In this document: positions 18,769-27,805 of the stretch, in pieces
Layout of the letters: the number at the start of each line of letters is the position of its first letter
How positions within the stretch are numbered: the first letter of the stretch is position 1
Source: Candidatus Cloacimonadales bacterium
Lineage (GTDB): Bacteria > Cloacimonadota > Cloacimonadia > Cloacimonadales > JAIOQZ01
Assembly: GCA_963674825.1 (NCBI GenBank)
Contig: OY771587.1
Coordinates: forward strand, 3,424,001 to 3,488,000
Direction of reading: 5' to 3'
DNA length: 64,000 nt
Notes under the pieces: generated by a model
Told to the model about the DNA's origin: nothing
The model's input: the letters and a program-made list of their open reading frames with translations, nothing else
Database searches by the model: none
Translations under genes and position numbers: made by a program

Positions 18769-20156
18769 AGAAGTTGAGAATCAAGATCGTCGATGCGGAT
18801 CAGGACGCTGCAGATTACGCGAAATACCTGCTGGATAACCTCGGCTACCAGCCCATCGTTGGAACCTCGACCGAACGCAAAGAGATGCTCAAAGAGAATC
18901 CCGACGTAATTCTTATGAATCTCGATGTTGAGGGCGGTTACGACTTCATCTTCGACGCCGAATCGCTCCGTTCAGAATTCAATATTCCGCTGATTTACAT
19001 GCTCGATTATCTTGCTGACGATGACATCATCCGGGCTACGGAGACCTGTCCCTACGGCTTTCTGATGAAGCCTTTCGAAAAGCTCGAGCTGCACATCGCC
19101 ATCCAGGCGGCTATTCAGAATTTCCGCAACGAACAGGCTTTACGCGCCAGTGAAGAACGCTATCGTATGTTGACCATGAACTCATCCGATATCACCGAGA
19201 TCCTCAGTCCGGACGGTATTATTCTGTTCGAAAGCGCGGCGGTGGAGCATATTCTTGGTTACAAACCCGGTAAGAGGCTTGGCCAGAAGCTTGTAGAATA
19301 CGTGCATCCTGACGATCAGTACATGATTCACAAGATGTTCATGGATCTTCTCAGCATGCAATCGAAGAAGGTAAAAGAAGAATTCCGCATCAGGCATCAA
19401 GACGGCCATTGGCTGATCTTCGAAAGCATTGGCTGCAATTTGGTTCACGATCCCACGATTCGCGGAATTGTTCTAAACACGCGCGACATTACAGATCGCA
19501 AGAAAGCAGAGGAAGAAATTCGCCGCATCGAGAAAGCGGTAGATGGTTCCAGCGACGCGATCTGCATTCTTGAGCCAACAGGAAAATCCATTTATCAGAA
19601 TCAGGCATTTGAAAAGCTATTCGGTTACACGTTTGAAGAAATCAATGAGCCCGGCAGGCTTGAAGGGTTGTACGAAAATCCAGATACGATCCAGGATATC
19701 CTCGGTTCCCTCAAGTTGAAACAGTCGTGGGTGTCAGAAGCAGATATGGTAAACCGAAACGGTGAAAAACTGATTGTATCGGTTCGGGCAGACGTAATTC
19801 GTTCGGAAAGTGATCAGGTTGAGGGCGTTGTTTTCATTCACACGAACACGACGGATCAGCGGACGATCGAGCGCGAGATTGCCGAATTGGAGAAGCGCAA
19901 TTCTATCCTGGCGATGGCGGTGACAGCCAATCACGAGATCAATCAGCCACTTATGGTACTCAATGCCAATCTGGAGATGCTCCACACAAATCTATCGGAT
20001 GAAGTTCGGAAAGAAAACCGGCGTTATTTCGATCGTTCAACCATCGCCATCGAGCGAATCCGCAATATTCTGGACAGCTATAAGCAATTGCATCACATCG
20101 AGTTCGATGACTATACGGATGGAACGCAAATGGTGACCTACGACGAAGAGGATTAG
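18765..20156 (+). CDS. Receiver-like/PAS/PAS/HisKA signalling protein with no ATPase domain
   Basis: PYGFLMKPF, ASEERYR, VHPDD…DITDRKKAE, H-box ANHEINQPL; the protein ends shortly after the H-box helices. Confidence 0.85.
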   Translation: MKKLRIKIVDADQDAADYAKYLLDNLGYQPIVGTSTERKEMLKENPDVILMNLDVEGGYDFIFDAESLRSEFNIPLIYMLDYLADDDIIRATETCPYGFLMKPFEKLELHIAIQAAIQNFRNEQALRASEERYRMLTMNSSDITEILSPDGIILFESAAVEHILGYKPGKRLGQKLVEYVHPDDQYMIHKMFMDLLSMQSKKVKEEFRIRHQDGHWLIFESIGCNLVHDPTIRGIVLNTRDITDRKKAEEEIRRIEKAVDGSSDAICILEPTGKSIYQNQAFEKLFGYTFEEINEPGRLEGLYENPDTIQDILGSLKLKQSWVSEADMVNRNGEKLIVSVRADVIRSESDQVEGVVFIHTNTTDQRTIEREIAELEKRNSILAMAVTANHEINQPLMVLNANLEMLHTNLSDEVRKENRRYFDRSTIAIERIRNILDSYKQLHHIEFDDYTDGTQMVTYDEED

Positions 20157-20572
20157 AACTTCAAGCGTTTAACGCCATCCATCCCGACCGGCATATATTC
20201 GATTTCATCCAGTACCAGTTCGATCAACGCGTAATTGGGATCTTTCGCGTTCTTGAAGTAGTTAGAGAACGGCGGAACCATCTTTAAAACCGTGTCCTTC
20301 AACGCGGTGTCATCGACAAATCTTGCTGATCCACGGCCACGGATGTAGCCATTCTTTCTGTTTTCTCGTATAAGTTTGCAGAACTCAATATTAGGGTTTT
20401 CCTGCAATTGCTTCGACTTGGCGTCGCTGTAAAATGTGCAGACAAAAAGACGCGCGTCCAGATGGATCATGATCATCGGGCGGACGCGAGGGCGGTCACC
20501 ATCGATAGTAGCGAGTTCTATCTCCTGAAGTGTCTGAATATGACCCCAAATTTCATCGCGTAGTGCTTTCAT
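20153..20572 (-). CDS. Pyridoxamine 5'-phosphate oxidase-like FMN-binding protein
   Basis: LATIDGDRPRVRPM…KSKQLQENPNIEF…IRGRGSA. Confidence 0.85.
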   Translation of the reverse strand: MKALRDEIWGHIQTLQEIELATIDGDRPRVRPMIMIHLDARLFVCTFYSDAKSKQLQENPNIEFCKLIRENRKNGYIRGRGSARFVDDTALKDTVLKMVPPFSNYFKNAKDPNYALIELVLDEIEYMPVGMDGVKRLKF

Positions 20573-20585
20573 AGTACCTCTTCTA

Positions 20586-21317
20586 TCAGTCTTTCCAGCC
20601 GATCTTCCACTTTAGCAGCTTACTCTGGCATTCACGGTTACCAAGCCTGGCTGCTTCTTTCATATGTTCAATCGATTTCTCCGATTCTCCCATACGAGCA
20701 AGGATCTGGCTGAGTTTGTGATGAGCGTTAGCATGGCGTGGGTACATCTGGACAGCCTTGTTTAGCTGTTCGAAGGCGTCGTCGTACTTAGCCATCTCCA
20801 GCAGAAGTTCGCCCAGTTCGTAATATGCCATGGCGGTCATGGTAGGTTGAAACTGGCGCTTGATTTTATTCACGGACTGAAGCGATTTCTTGAGGAAATC
20901 TGCCGCGGCGTTATCCCGCTCAAGGCGACGGATTTCTCGCGCTACAGCAACGGTGCGTTCTGGATTTGGCTCGATCTCGATTTCGCGCTTGTAGGCTTCT
21001 ATCGCCTTCTTGACGTTCTTTTCGCGCATGTAGATATTACCCAACTCATAAAATGCCAGGTAGTACTGCTTATCAATTTCTGTTGCGGCAAGGAAGTGCT
21101 TTTTCGCCTCGTCATCTTCTTTGAGCGAAAGGTAGATCTTACCTAAGACGTATTCTGCCTCTGCGTATTTAGGATAGATACGAAGCCCTTTCTTGAGCGT
21201 GTCAATCGCATCGCTCATCTCTTTTCTTCTGAACTGCTCTTTGCCTTCTTCAAATAGTTTTGAAGCTTCTTCAGGCATTTCTTCGTCACTTCCGAAAAAC
21301 TTCTTCAAAAAGCCCAT
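20586..21317 (-). CDS. Tetratricopeptide repeat protein
   Basis: Repeated AxYxLGxIY/AFYELG/AYYELG units; EAARLGN end. Start taken at MGFLKK. Confidence 0.85.
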   Translation of the reverse strand: MGFLKKFFGSDEEMPEEASKLFEEGKEQFRRKEMSDAIDTLKKGLRIYPKYAEAEYVLGKIYLSLKEDDEAKKHFLAATEIDKQYYLAFYELGNIYMREKNVKKAIEAYKREIEIEPNPERTVAVAREIRRLERDNAAADFLKKSLQSVNKIKRQFQPTMTAMAYYELGELLLEMAKYDDAFEQLNKAVQMYPRHANAHHKLSQILARMGESEKSIEHMKEAARLGNRECQSKLLKWKIGWKD

Positions 21318-21387
21318 GGTAACCCCGACTGTTTCATTATGATACACAAATAGTATAGATAAATTCTGAATGTTACCAAGTTTTTAC

Positions 21388-22275
21388 TCATGATATCCTG
21401 CTTACTTCGATAATCTGCTGAGCCCGGTTCCTGAAGGTGTAATCATTACAAAGCATCTGGCTGATTTTTGCTGCTCGTGCGGCATGAGCATGGTCTTCAA
21501 GGTAATCGGTAAGTAATTGATCGAGCTCGCTTACTGTGCGATAGAACGGCACGCCGATCTTCTCCAAGCCTTGCACGGCATCACTGATTTGAAGGCATCC
21601 CAGTGCAGCGAGATCATAGGTGCGGTTGTTGATGAATCCATATTTAAGCATGGTGGCGTGGTGGTCGTTCAGGTTGATCCGCGCAGAGCCATAAACCTTT
21701 GGCAGATCGCTATAGGGAACGAAATTCGCGAGAATCCGGTCAACCGGCAGCACGCCTTTCCAGCCGTCGCCGATCACCTTGAAGCGGTTGGCGAAGCTTG
21801 TTTGCAGGATGTCTTCGATGATTTTGCGATAGCGGAAATTATCGTAGTAGTTATTGCCTATGAAAAGGATATCGTGCTCGATCTTACGTTCAATAGGATG
21901 GAAAAGGTCTGGATCGCTGGCCTGCGGGAGGAAGTCCACCGGCACCTTGAGGTCTTTCTTCACGGTGGCGGCAAAGGGCTCGGATGCGATGAATACGTGA
22001 TCGAATGCGCTAAGCTCGTCCGGCGTGCGAATCTCGGGATGGCTTATGCACCAGATGAGATTACGGTGATAGCGGCGTGGCTTGTATTGAAACAGTCCGG
22101 TGATGACCAGACAGGTATCGAAGGCGCGGTCGTCGCTATACCACTCGGTGTAGAAACGAACTTCCGCCCGATGGCCCAGTTTGCGGAATTCTTTGGCAAG
22201 GCTTTCGGCAAAGCAGGTGTCTCCCCAGCCAACTTCCTGCCGGGTTGGTGTGCATATCTTGATAACGATGTTCAT
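21388..22275 (-). CDS. Glycosyltransferase (CgeB/Glyco_trans_1_2-like)
   Basis: WGD…FAESL, ILFIGNN, YGSARINLNDH, NNRTYD, TFRNRA. Confidence 0.82.
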   Translation of the reverse strand: MNIVIKICTPTRQEVGWGDTCFAESLAKEFRKLGHRAEVRFYTEWYSDDRAFDTCLVITGLFQYKPRRYHRNLIWCISHPEIRTPDELSAFDHVFIASEPFAATVKKDLKVPVDFLPQASDPDLFHPIERKIEHDILFIGNNYYDNFRYRKIIEDILQTSFANRFKVIGDGWKGVLPVDRILANFVPYSDLPKVYGSARINLNDHHATMLKYGFINNRTYDLAALGCLQISDAVQGLEKIGVPFYRTVSELDQLLTDYLEDHAHAARAAKISQMLCNDYTFRNRAQQIIEVSRIS

Positions 22276-22278
22276 CGG

Positions 22279-23871
22279 TTAAAACCTCTGTTTGGGCCAG
22301 ATAAAACAGTCCAATGCTATGGCTTGTCTGTTGTCATGCAAAGAATTTATCTTCGCGATGAAGCAGTGCTGGAGTGGATTTTCGATCGGTCTGCATTCAC
22401 CCGGAGAGTAATAGGTGAGAGGCCCATTGATGCGCTCGTCCGGAAGCCGAAGCGTCTGCGGAAAGTAGTGTCCGATGCGCTGTTCGGGTGCATCGATCTG
22501 ATTGCTGACCATCGGTACGAACATCCCGAAATCAGGATTCGTGAGCATTTGCCCAATGAGCATGATGGGAAGCAGACTGGAGGCATTCCAGCTGGAATCG
22601 AGATAGATTACATGCTCGGTGCGTACATGCGGAAGTGCGGTGTGGACTTGCCGCCAGGGATCGCGGTCGTCGCGGAAATCGGGTACGATGAGTGCTTTGA
22701 TGTCTTGGTCGTCGAAAGTGGGCAGTGAGGGATAGTAGGCTGCTGTGAAGATGAGCGCGAAGCGGTTTGCATATCGCTTGATGTAGAACTCCATCTCATC
22801 CGGGTGCGCGTTGCCGATTACGATCGTCGCCTGCTTCTGATCCGGTAATTGCGCTATCGCCTGAAAGACTCTACTGGTAGCGCTGCCGTCGGTGACACTG
22901 ATAAATTTTTTCGCGATCTCAAGCGATGTGGGAAGTTCTGGTTTTTCCAGCAATACAGGTAAGTCGTGCGGATCGGTGAATCGGAGACCGACATCGCGGA
23001 AGCGATTCTCCAAGTCGTTCGGATCGTGCTTCTCCATCCGGTAGGGACCATCGAACAACAGCACCGGCTTGCCAGTCGCGGCGAATTCGTAGATTACAGA
23101 GGAGATGTCGGAGATCAGAACATCGGCTGCTGAAAGTGCGGGTGTGATATCCGAGTCATCGAGGAAGATGGCCCGTGGATGTTTCTGCGCGTACTGGATG
23201 AACGGCTCGCGCCATTCTTCCGGCGTGATAGCGTGCAGCTTGATTAGCAAATTGAAATTCTGCGGGAAATATTGCTCCAGCTCCATCTCCAGATGGGGTA
23301 TGAGGCTGTATTCGTGATTGAATGTTGGCGCGAAGAGAATCGTCTTGAAACTTGGATCCAGTGACCACCCGCGCAGTAGTGCGTCACGCTCGAGGCTACC
23401 GTCGAAGAGGGGATCGAGCTTGGGCATGCCGGTCACCGCAATAGGACGATAGACCTGGTGGAAGAGCTCGTTTCTGTGGATCGCCCCCGGTACGCAGATC
23501 AGGTCGGCCGCGTTTTCCCGGCGGCTGACTGGCTTACGGGTGTAAAAGCTGCCCTTGCAGATGGTTCCATGCCCGATGTTTATCAGCTTCCCACATCCCT
23601 CAACCCATTCATAGCTCGAATCGGCGAGGAAGGTATAGTGCGGATCGAACATATACGGATTCTGCACGACTGTAAAAGGCGTGTCCAGTGCTGCCTGGAT
23701 CATCTCAAGGCGCGCTCCCCTGCCACGATGTCCGCTCTTGCTTGGCTGCCAGGCAAACGAGTAGATTCCGACCTCGCCCAGTCCGTTCTCGTGGATGTGG
23801 TCGATCAGTCTTTTATACAGACCGATGTGGAATTCCCGTTCAACAAAGAAAAGCCAACGCGTTTCAGCCAT
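22279..23871 (-). CDS. CDP-glycerol glycerophosphotransferase (TagB/TagF-fold) family protein with an extra C-terminal domain
   Basis: IGHG, TGMPKLD, ILFAPTF, IKLH, ADVLISDISSVIYEF…KPV. Start at MAETRW after GGAG. Confidence 0.78.
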   Translation of the reverse strand: MAETRWLFFVEREFHIGLYKRLIDHIHENGLGEVGIYSFAWQPSKSGHRGRGARLEMIQAALDTPFTVVQNPYMFDPHYTFLADSSYEWVEGCGKLINIGHGTICKGSFYTRKPVSRRENAADLICVPGAIHRNELFHQVYRPIAVTGMPKLDPLFDGSLERDALLRGWSLDPSFKTILFAPTFNHEYSLIPHLEMELEQYFPQNFNLLIKLHAITPEEWREPFIQYAQKHPRAIFLDDSDITPALSAADVLISDISSVIYEFAATGKPVLLFDGPYRMEKHDPNDLENRFRDVGLRFTDPHDLPVLLEKPELPTSLEIAKKFISVTDGSATSRVFQAIAQLPDQKQATIVIGNAHPDEMEFYIKRYANRFALIFTAAYYPSLPTFDDQDIKALIVPDFRDDRDPWRQVHTALPHVRTEHVIYLDSSWNASSLLPIMLIGQMLTNPDFGMFVPMVSNQIDAPEQRIGHYFPQTLRLPDERINGPLTYYSPGECRPIENPLQHCFIAKINSLHDNRQAIALDCFIWPKQRF

Positions 23872-23999
23872 AAAATTCTCCATGATGCAAGGATTACGCA
23901 TCGTGGGCGGTTCCTGTCAAAGGAAACTTCGTTTTTCGTTGACATATTTGCTTCGAGTCTCAGGTTTACCATTAAAATGACGTGAATGAAAGGAATGAT

Positions 24000-24986
24000 A
24001 TGATAATCAGCCGAACCCCGTTTCGCATATCGTTTTTCGGTGGCGGTACCGATTACCCTGTGTGGTACGAGAAGCATGGCGGTGCCGTGCTTTCCACTAC
24101 TATCGACAAGTATTGCTACATAACCTGCCGTTGGCTACCGCCGTTCTTCCCGCACAAGCATCGTATCGTCTATTCCCGCATGGAAAACGTGCGTGAGCTC
24201 AGCGAGATCGAGCATCCTTCAGTGCGCGAAGTTCTCCGCTACCTGAAGATCGAACGTGGCTTGGAGATTCACCACGACGGCGATCTCCCGGCACGCTCGG
24301 GTCTTGGATCCAGCTCCGCTTTCACGGTGGGACTGCTCCACACCATCTACGCGCTCGAAGGCAAGATGATGTCCAAGCAACAGCTCGCGCATCAGGCGAT
24401 TCACGTCGAGCAGAAATTGATCGGAGAGAACGTTGGCTCGCAGGATCAGGTTGCTGCAGCGTATGGTGGTTTGAACCACGTCCGTTTCCAACCCGGTGGC
24501 GATATCGATGTGCAGCCGGTGATCCTGAGCGAGAAGCGCAAGAACGATCTTCAGGATCGCGTGATGTTCTTCTTTACCGGATTCTCGAGGATGGCTTCCG
24601 AGATTGCGGCAAAGCAGATCAAGAACACCCCGAAGAAAGAAAAAGAGCTACACCGTATGCGCGAAATGGTGGATGAAGCGCTGGAAATTCTGACTTGCGA
24701 CGGAACGTCGATCGAAGAATTCGGCAAGTTGCTGCACAAGAACTGGGAGCTCAAGCGCTCACTGTCCGACAGCATCACCAATCCGGCCATCGATGAATTC
24801 TACCAAAAGGCAATGCAGGCCGGTGCGTCCGGCGGCAAGCTGATAGGAGCCGGAGGCGGTGGATTCATGCTGTTCATGGTCGAGCCTGAGCGACAGAACG
24901 CAGTCAGAGAAGCGCTTTCCGATCTGCTCTATGTTCCGATTAAATTCGAAACTGGTGGCAGCAGGATTATTGTGTACGAACCATAA
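24000..24986 (+). CDS. hddA: GHMP kinase, D-glycero-alpha-D-manno-heptose-7-phosphate kinase-like
   Basis: RTPFRISFFGGGTD, PARSGLGSSS, GSQDQ, GKLIGAGGGGF; adjacent to gmhA and hddC. Confidence 0.85.
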   Translation: MIISRTPFRISFFGGGTDYPVWYEKHGGAVLSTTIDKYCYITCRWLPPFFPHKHRIVYSRMENVRELSEIEHPSVREVLRYLKIERGLEIHHDGDLPARSGLGSSSAFTVGLLHTIYALEGKMMSKQQLAHQAIHVEQKLIGENVGSQDQVAAAYGGLNHVRFQPGGDIDVQPVILSEKRKNDLQDRVMFFFTGFSRMASEIAAKQIKNTPKKEKELHRMREMVDEALEILTCDGTSIEEFGKLLHKNWELKRSLSDSITNPAIDEFYQKAMQAGASGGKLIGAGGGGFMLFMVEPERQNAVREALSDLLYVPIKFETGGSRIIVYEP

Positions 24987-25014
24987 AATTAATTACAACT
25001 ATAAAGAGGATACC

Positions 25015-25596
25015 ATGGAAAAAATGATCACTCAAGCGATCCATGATTCGATCGAGACCAAACGCAAGATTTTTGAAGATACTGAGCTGTGCAAAGACAT
25101 TGCAAAGGCTGCGGAGCTCTGCATCGAAAGCCTGAAAAACGGCGGCAGAGTGCTCTTCTGTGGAAACGGTGGAAGCGCGGCTGATGCCCAGCACCTTGCG
25201 GCTGAACTCTCCGGCAGATTCTACTATGACAGACCGCCGCTGGATGGCGAAGCTCTGCATGTGAATACATCCTATCTCACAGCCGTAGCCAACGATTATT
25301 CCTACGACGAGATCTACGCACGCCTGGTGCAGGCAAAGGGAAGAAAGGGCGATGTCCTGGTCGGGCTCTCCACGTCCGGTAATTCCCCAAACGTCATTCG
25401 GGCGTTCGAGCGTGCCCACGAGATCGGTATGACCACCATCAGCATGACCGGCAAGGGTGGCGGCAAGATGAAAGAAATGTGCACGGTTAATCTCATCGCG
25501 CCATCCGATATCACGCCTCGTATTCAGGAAGCACATATCCTTATCGGCCACATTCTTTGCGAGTTGATCGAGGCCGTCATTTTCCCTAAAAAATGA
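25015..25596 (+). CDS. gmhA: Phosphoheptose (sedoheptulose-7-phosphate) isomerase
   Basis: CGNGGSAADAQH, STSGNS, RIQEAH; GAGG RBS before MEKM. Confidence 0.95.
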   Translation: MEKMITQAIHDSIETKRKIFEDTELCKDIAKAAELCIESLKNGGRVLFCGNGGSAADAQHLAAELSGRFYYDRPPLDGEALHVNTSYLTAVANDYSYDEIYARLVQAKGRKGDVLVGLSTSGNSPNVIRAFERAHEIGMTTISMTGKGGGKMKEMCTVNLIAPSDITPRIQEAHILIGHILCELIEAVIFPKK

Positions 25597-26300
25597 CATT
25601 CGAAGCAATTGTCCTCTGCGGAGGTATGGGGACGCGGCTAAAATCGGTTACCGGCGATCTGCCCAAGCCGATGGTCGATATAGCCGGCCGTCCTTTCCTG
25701 GATTACCATCTCGCGATGCTGGCTCAAGAAGGATTCAGGCATGTGGTGCTGGCTGCTGGTTATGGCGCGGACTCGATTCAACGCTACTTCGGAGATTCCC
25801 GCTTCGGGATGAAGCTGAGCTACGCCATCGAGCAGGAACCGCTGGGAACCGGAGGAGCGGTCTGCAACGCCCTATCGAATTGTGAGCAGGAGTTTGTGTT
25901 CGTGCTGAATGGCGATACATTTGCGCAGGTGGATTTCCCCAATATGATGCGCCAGCATGAAACTACGGGGTCCGATATCACCATCTGCGGTAAATGGATG
26001 GATGACTGCGATCGCTATGGAGCGCTGGAGATTGATAAAGAGATGCGCATAACCTTGTTCCGGGAAAAAGAATCGGGACGATCGGGCTACATAAATGCGG
26101 GAATTTACCTGATGAAGCGTACCGTTTTGCCTTGCGAGAGAATGAAGTTTTCCCTGGAGAAGGATATGCTGGAAGTTAATACAGAACATATTCTTATGAA
26201 GATGCACATTATAAAGGGATTCTTCATTGATATCGGTGTACCGCATGATTATAGCCGGGCTATCGAGCTACTGCCCAAATGGACTGAAGCATATTTTTAG
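25593..26300 (+). CDS. hddC: Sugar-phosphate nucleotidyltransferase, probably heptose-1-phosphate guanylyltransferase
   Basis: LCGGMGTRL…PKPM, EPLGTGG, NGDT, FIDIGVP; context after hddA-gmhA. Confidence 0.8.
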   Translation: MTFEAIVLCGGMGTRLKSVTGDLPKPMVDIAGRPFLDYHLAMLAQEGFRHVVLAAGYGADSIQRYFGDSRFGMKLSYAIEQEPLGTGGAVCNALSNCEQEFVFVLNGDTFAQVDFPNMMRQHETTGSDITICGKWMDDCDRYGALEIDKEMRITLFREKESGRSGYINAGIYLMKRTVLPCERMKFSLEKDMLEVNTEHILMKMHIIKGFFIDIGVPHDYSRAIELLPKWTEAYF

Positions 26301-26383
26301 TGGACAGATCTATACGCTATTAAAAGAATTGCAGTTGGTGTAAAACCACGTTATGTATTTAATGAACAATGTCGGGAAGTGCT

Positions 26384-26938
26384 ATGTATGCTGAGAAAGT
26401 GAATATCGATGGCCTTCTGGTAATACAACCAGAGGTGTTTCGAGATGCTCGCGGCTATTTCTTCGAAGTTTACCACAAGGAGAAATTTAGCCGGATGGGT
26501 CTTGACGTCGAATTTATTCAGGATAATGAGTCGAAATCGCTCAAGAATACGATTCGGGGACTGCATTATCAGATTGATCCTCATGCTCAGGGCAAATTGA
26601 TCCGTGTTCTGGAAGGAACAATCCGTGATGTCGCTGTGGATATCCGCAAGGGATCGCCGACCTTTGGCCAGCACTTTTCCATCGATATCACCGCAGAGAG
26701 CCATACTCATGTTTGGATTCCAGCTGGGTTCGCGCATGGCTTCTCCGTGCTCTCCGAAACAGCGGTTATCCTTTATAAATGCACGTCACTCTATTCTAAA
26801 GAGCACGAACGCGGAATTCACTACAACGATCCGTCCCTCTCCATCGATTGGGGCGTCCAATCACCTATCGTTTCCGAAAAAGACTTGGCGTTGCCCTGCA
26901 TTAGCGATGCCGAGATGAACTTCCTGTATAGAAAATGA
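26384..26938 (+). CDS. rfbC: dTDP-4-dehydrorhamnose 3,5-epimerase
   Basis: DARGYFFE, QDNES…RGLHYQ, WIPAGFAHGF, SEKD. Start may be 26369. Confidence 0.93.
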   Translation: MYAEKVNIDGLLVIQPEVFRDARGYFFEVYHKEKFSRMGLDVEFIQDNESKSLKNTIRGLHYQIDPHAQGKLIRVLEGTIRDVAVDIRKGSPTFGQHFSIDITAESHTHVWIPAGFAHGFSVLSETAVILYKCTSLYSKEHERGIHYNDPSLSIDWGVQSPIVSEKDLALPCISDAEMNFLYRK

Positions 26939-27798
26939 AAACCATTATCCTGCTGGGATCCGAAGGTCAGCTTGGCACAGCGCTACAACATGAGATGGCA
27001 CTTCAGGGGATCGATTTTATCGCGTTGGATCGCCCTGAATTCGACATACTGAACCTTGATTCGTTTGAACGGATCATGCAGGAGCGCAAGGTGGAAGCGG
27101 TGATCAACTGCGCCGCTTACACGAATGTTCCCAAGGCAGAGACAGAAGTCGAAGCTGCGATGCAGATTAATGGAAGTGCGCTCAAGCCTCTATCCGAACT
27201 TTGTGACGTCAATGGAGTCTATCTGATTCACATCAGCACCGACTACGTGTTCGACGGCAGGAAGGGCTCCGCGTATATCGAAGATGACCTGCCTAATCCT
27301 GTGAGCATATATGGGATGTCGAAGCTGATGGGGGAGATGATGGTTCGTCGATACGCCGGACAGTACGCGATTGTACGCACGGCGGGAGTCTATGGCCATA
27401 GCAACCTGAACAGCGACAACATCGTGGAGAAGCTGATCCGGTTCGGCCAGAGCAATCCGACCTTGAAGATGGTAACGGACGAAGTGACATCACCGACATG
27501 GTCCGTCGACCTTGCGCGGCAAATTCTGGTGATCCTTGAGAAGAGAATACAAGGGATCATCCACGCGACCAGCAATGGCGAATGTAACTGGTTGGAGTTC
27601 GGCAGATGCATTTTCGAGACACTCGGAATGAACGTAGAACTGGAGCCGGTTCCGTCATCGTTCTTTAATAAAAACTTGCATAAACCCTTATACTCAGTTC
27701 TGCAAAATGCAGTATTGAAAGATTTATTCTGTGACCAGATGCCAGATTGGCGTTCATCGTTGATCTTGTATCTCAAGTCCAGGCAGAAGTCGGAGTAA
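26935..27798 (+). CDS. rfbD: dTDP-4-dehydrorhamnose reductase
   Basis: GSEGQLG, NCAAYT, HISTDYVFDG, YGMSK, SPT. Confidence 0.93.
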   Translation: MKTIILLGSEGQLGTALQHEMALQGIDFIALDRPEFDILNLDSFERIMQERKVEAVINCAAYTNVPKAETEVEAAMQINGSALKPLSELCDVNGVYLIHISTDYVFDGRKGSAYIEDDLPNPVSIYGMSKLMGEMMVRRYAGQYAIVRTAGVYGHSNLNSDNIVEKLIRFGQSNPTLKMVTDEVTSPTWSVDLARQILVILEKRIQGIIHATSNGECNWLEFGRCIFETLGMNVELEPVPSSFFNKNLHKPLYSVLQNAVLKDLFCDQMPDWRSSLILYLKSRQKSE

Positions 27799-27805
27799 CG
27801 TAGTT

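Noticed and set aside
21517..22728. 403-aa + strand ORF
   Set aside because: Antisense shadow of two well-supported glycosyltransferase genes, with no recognisable motifs.
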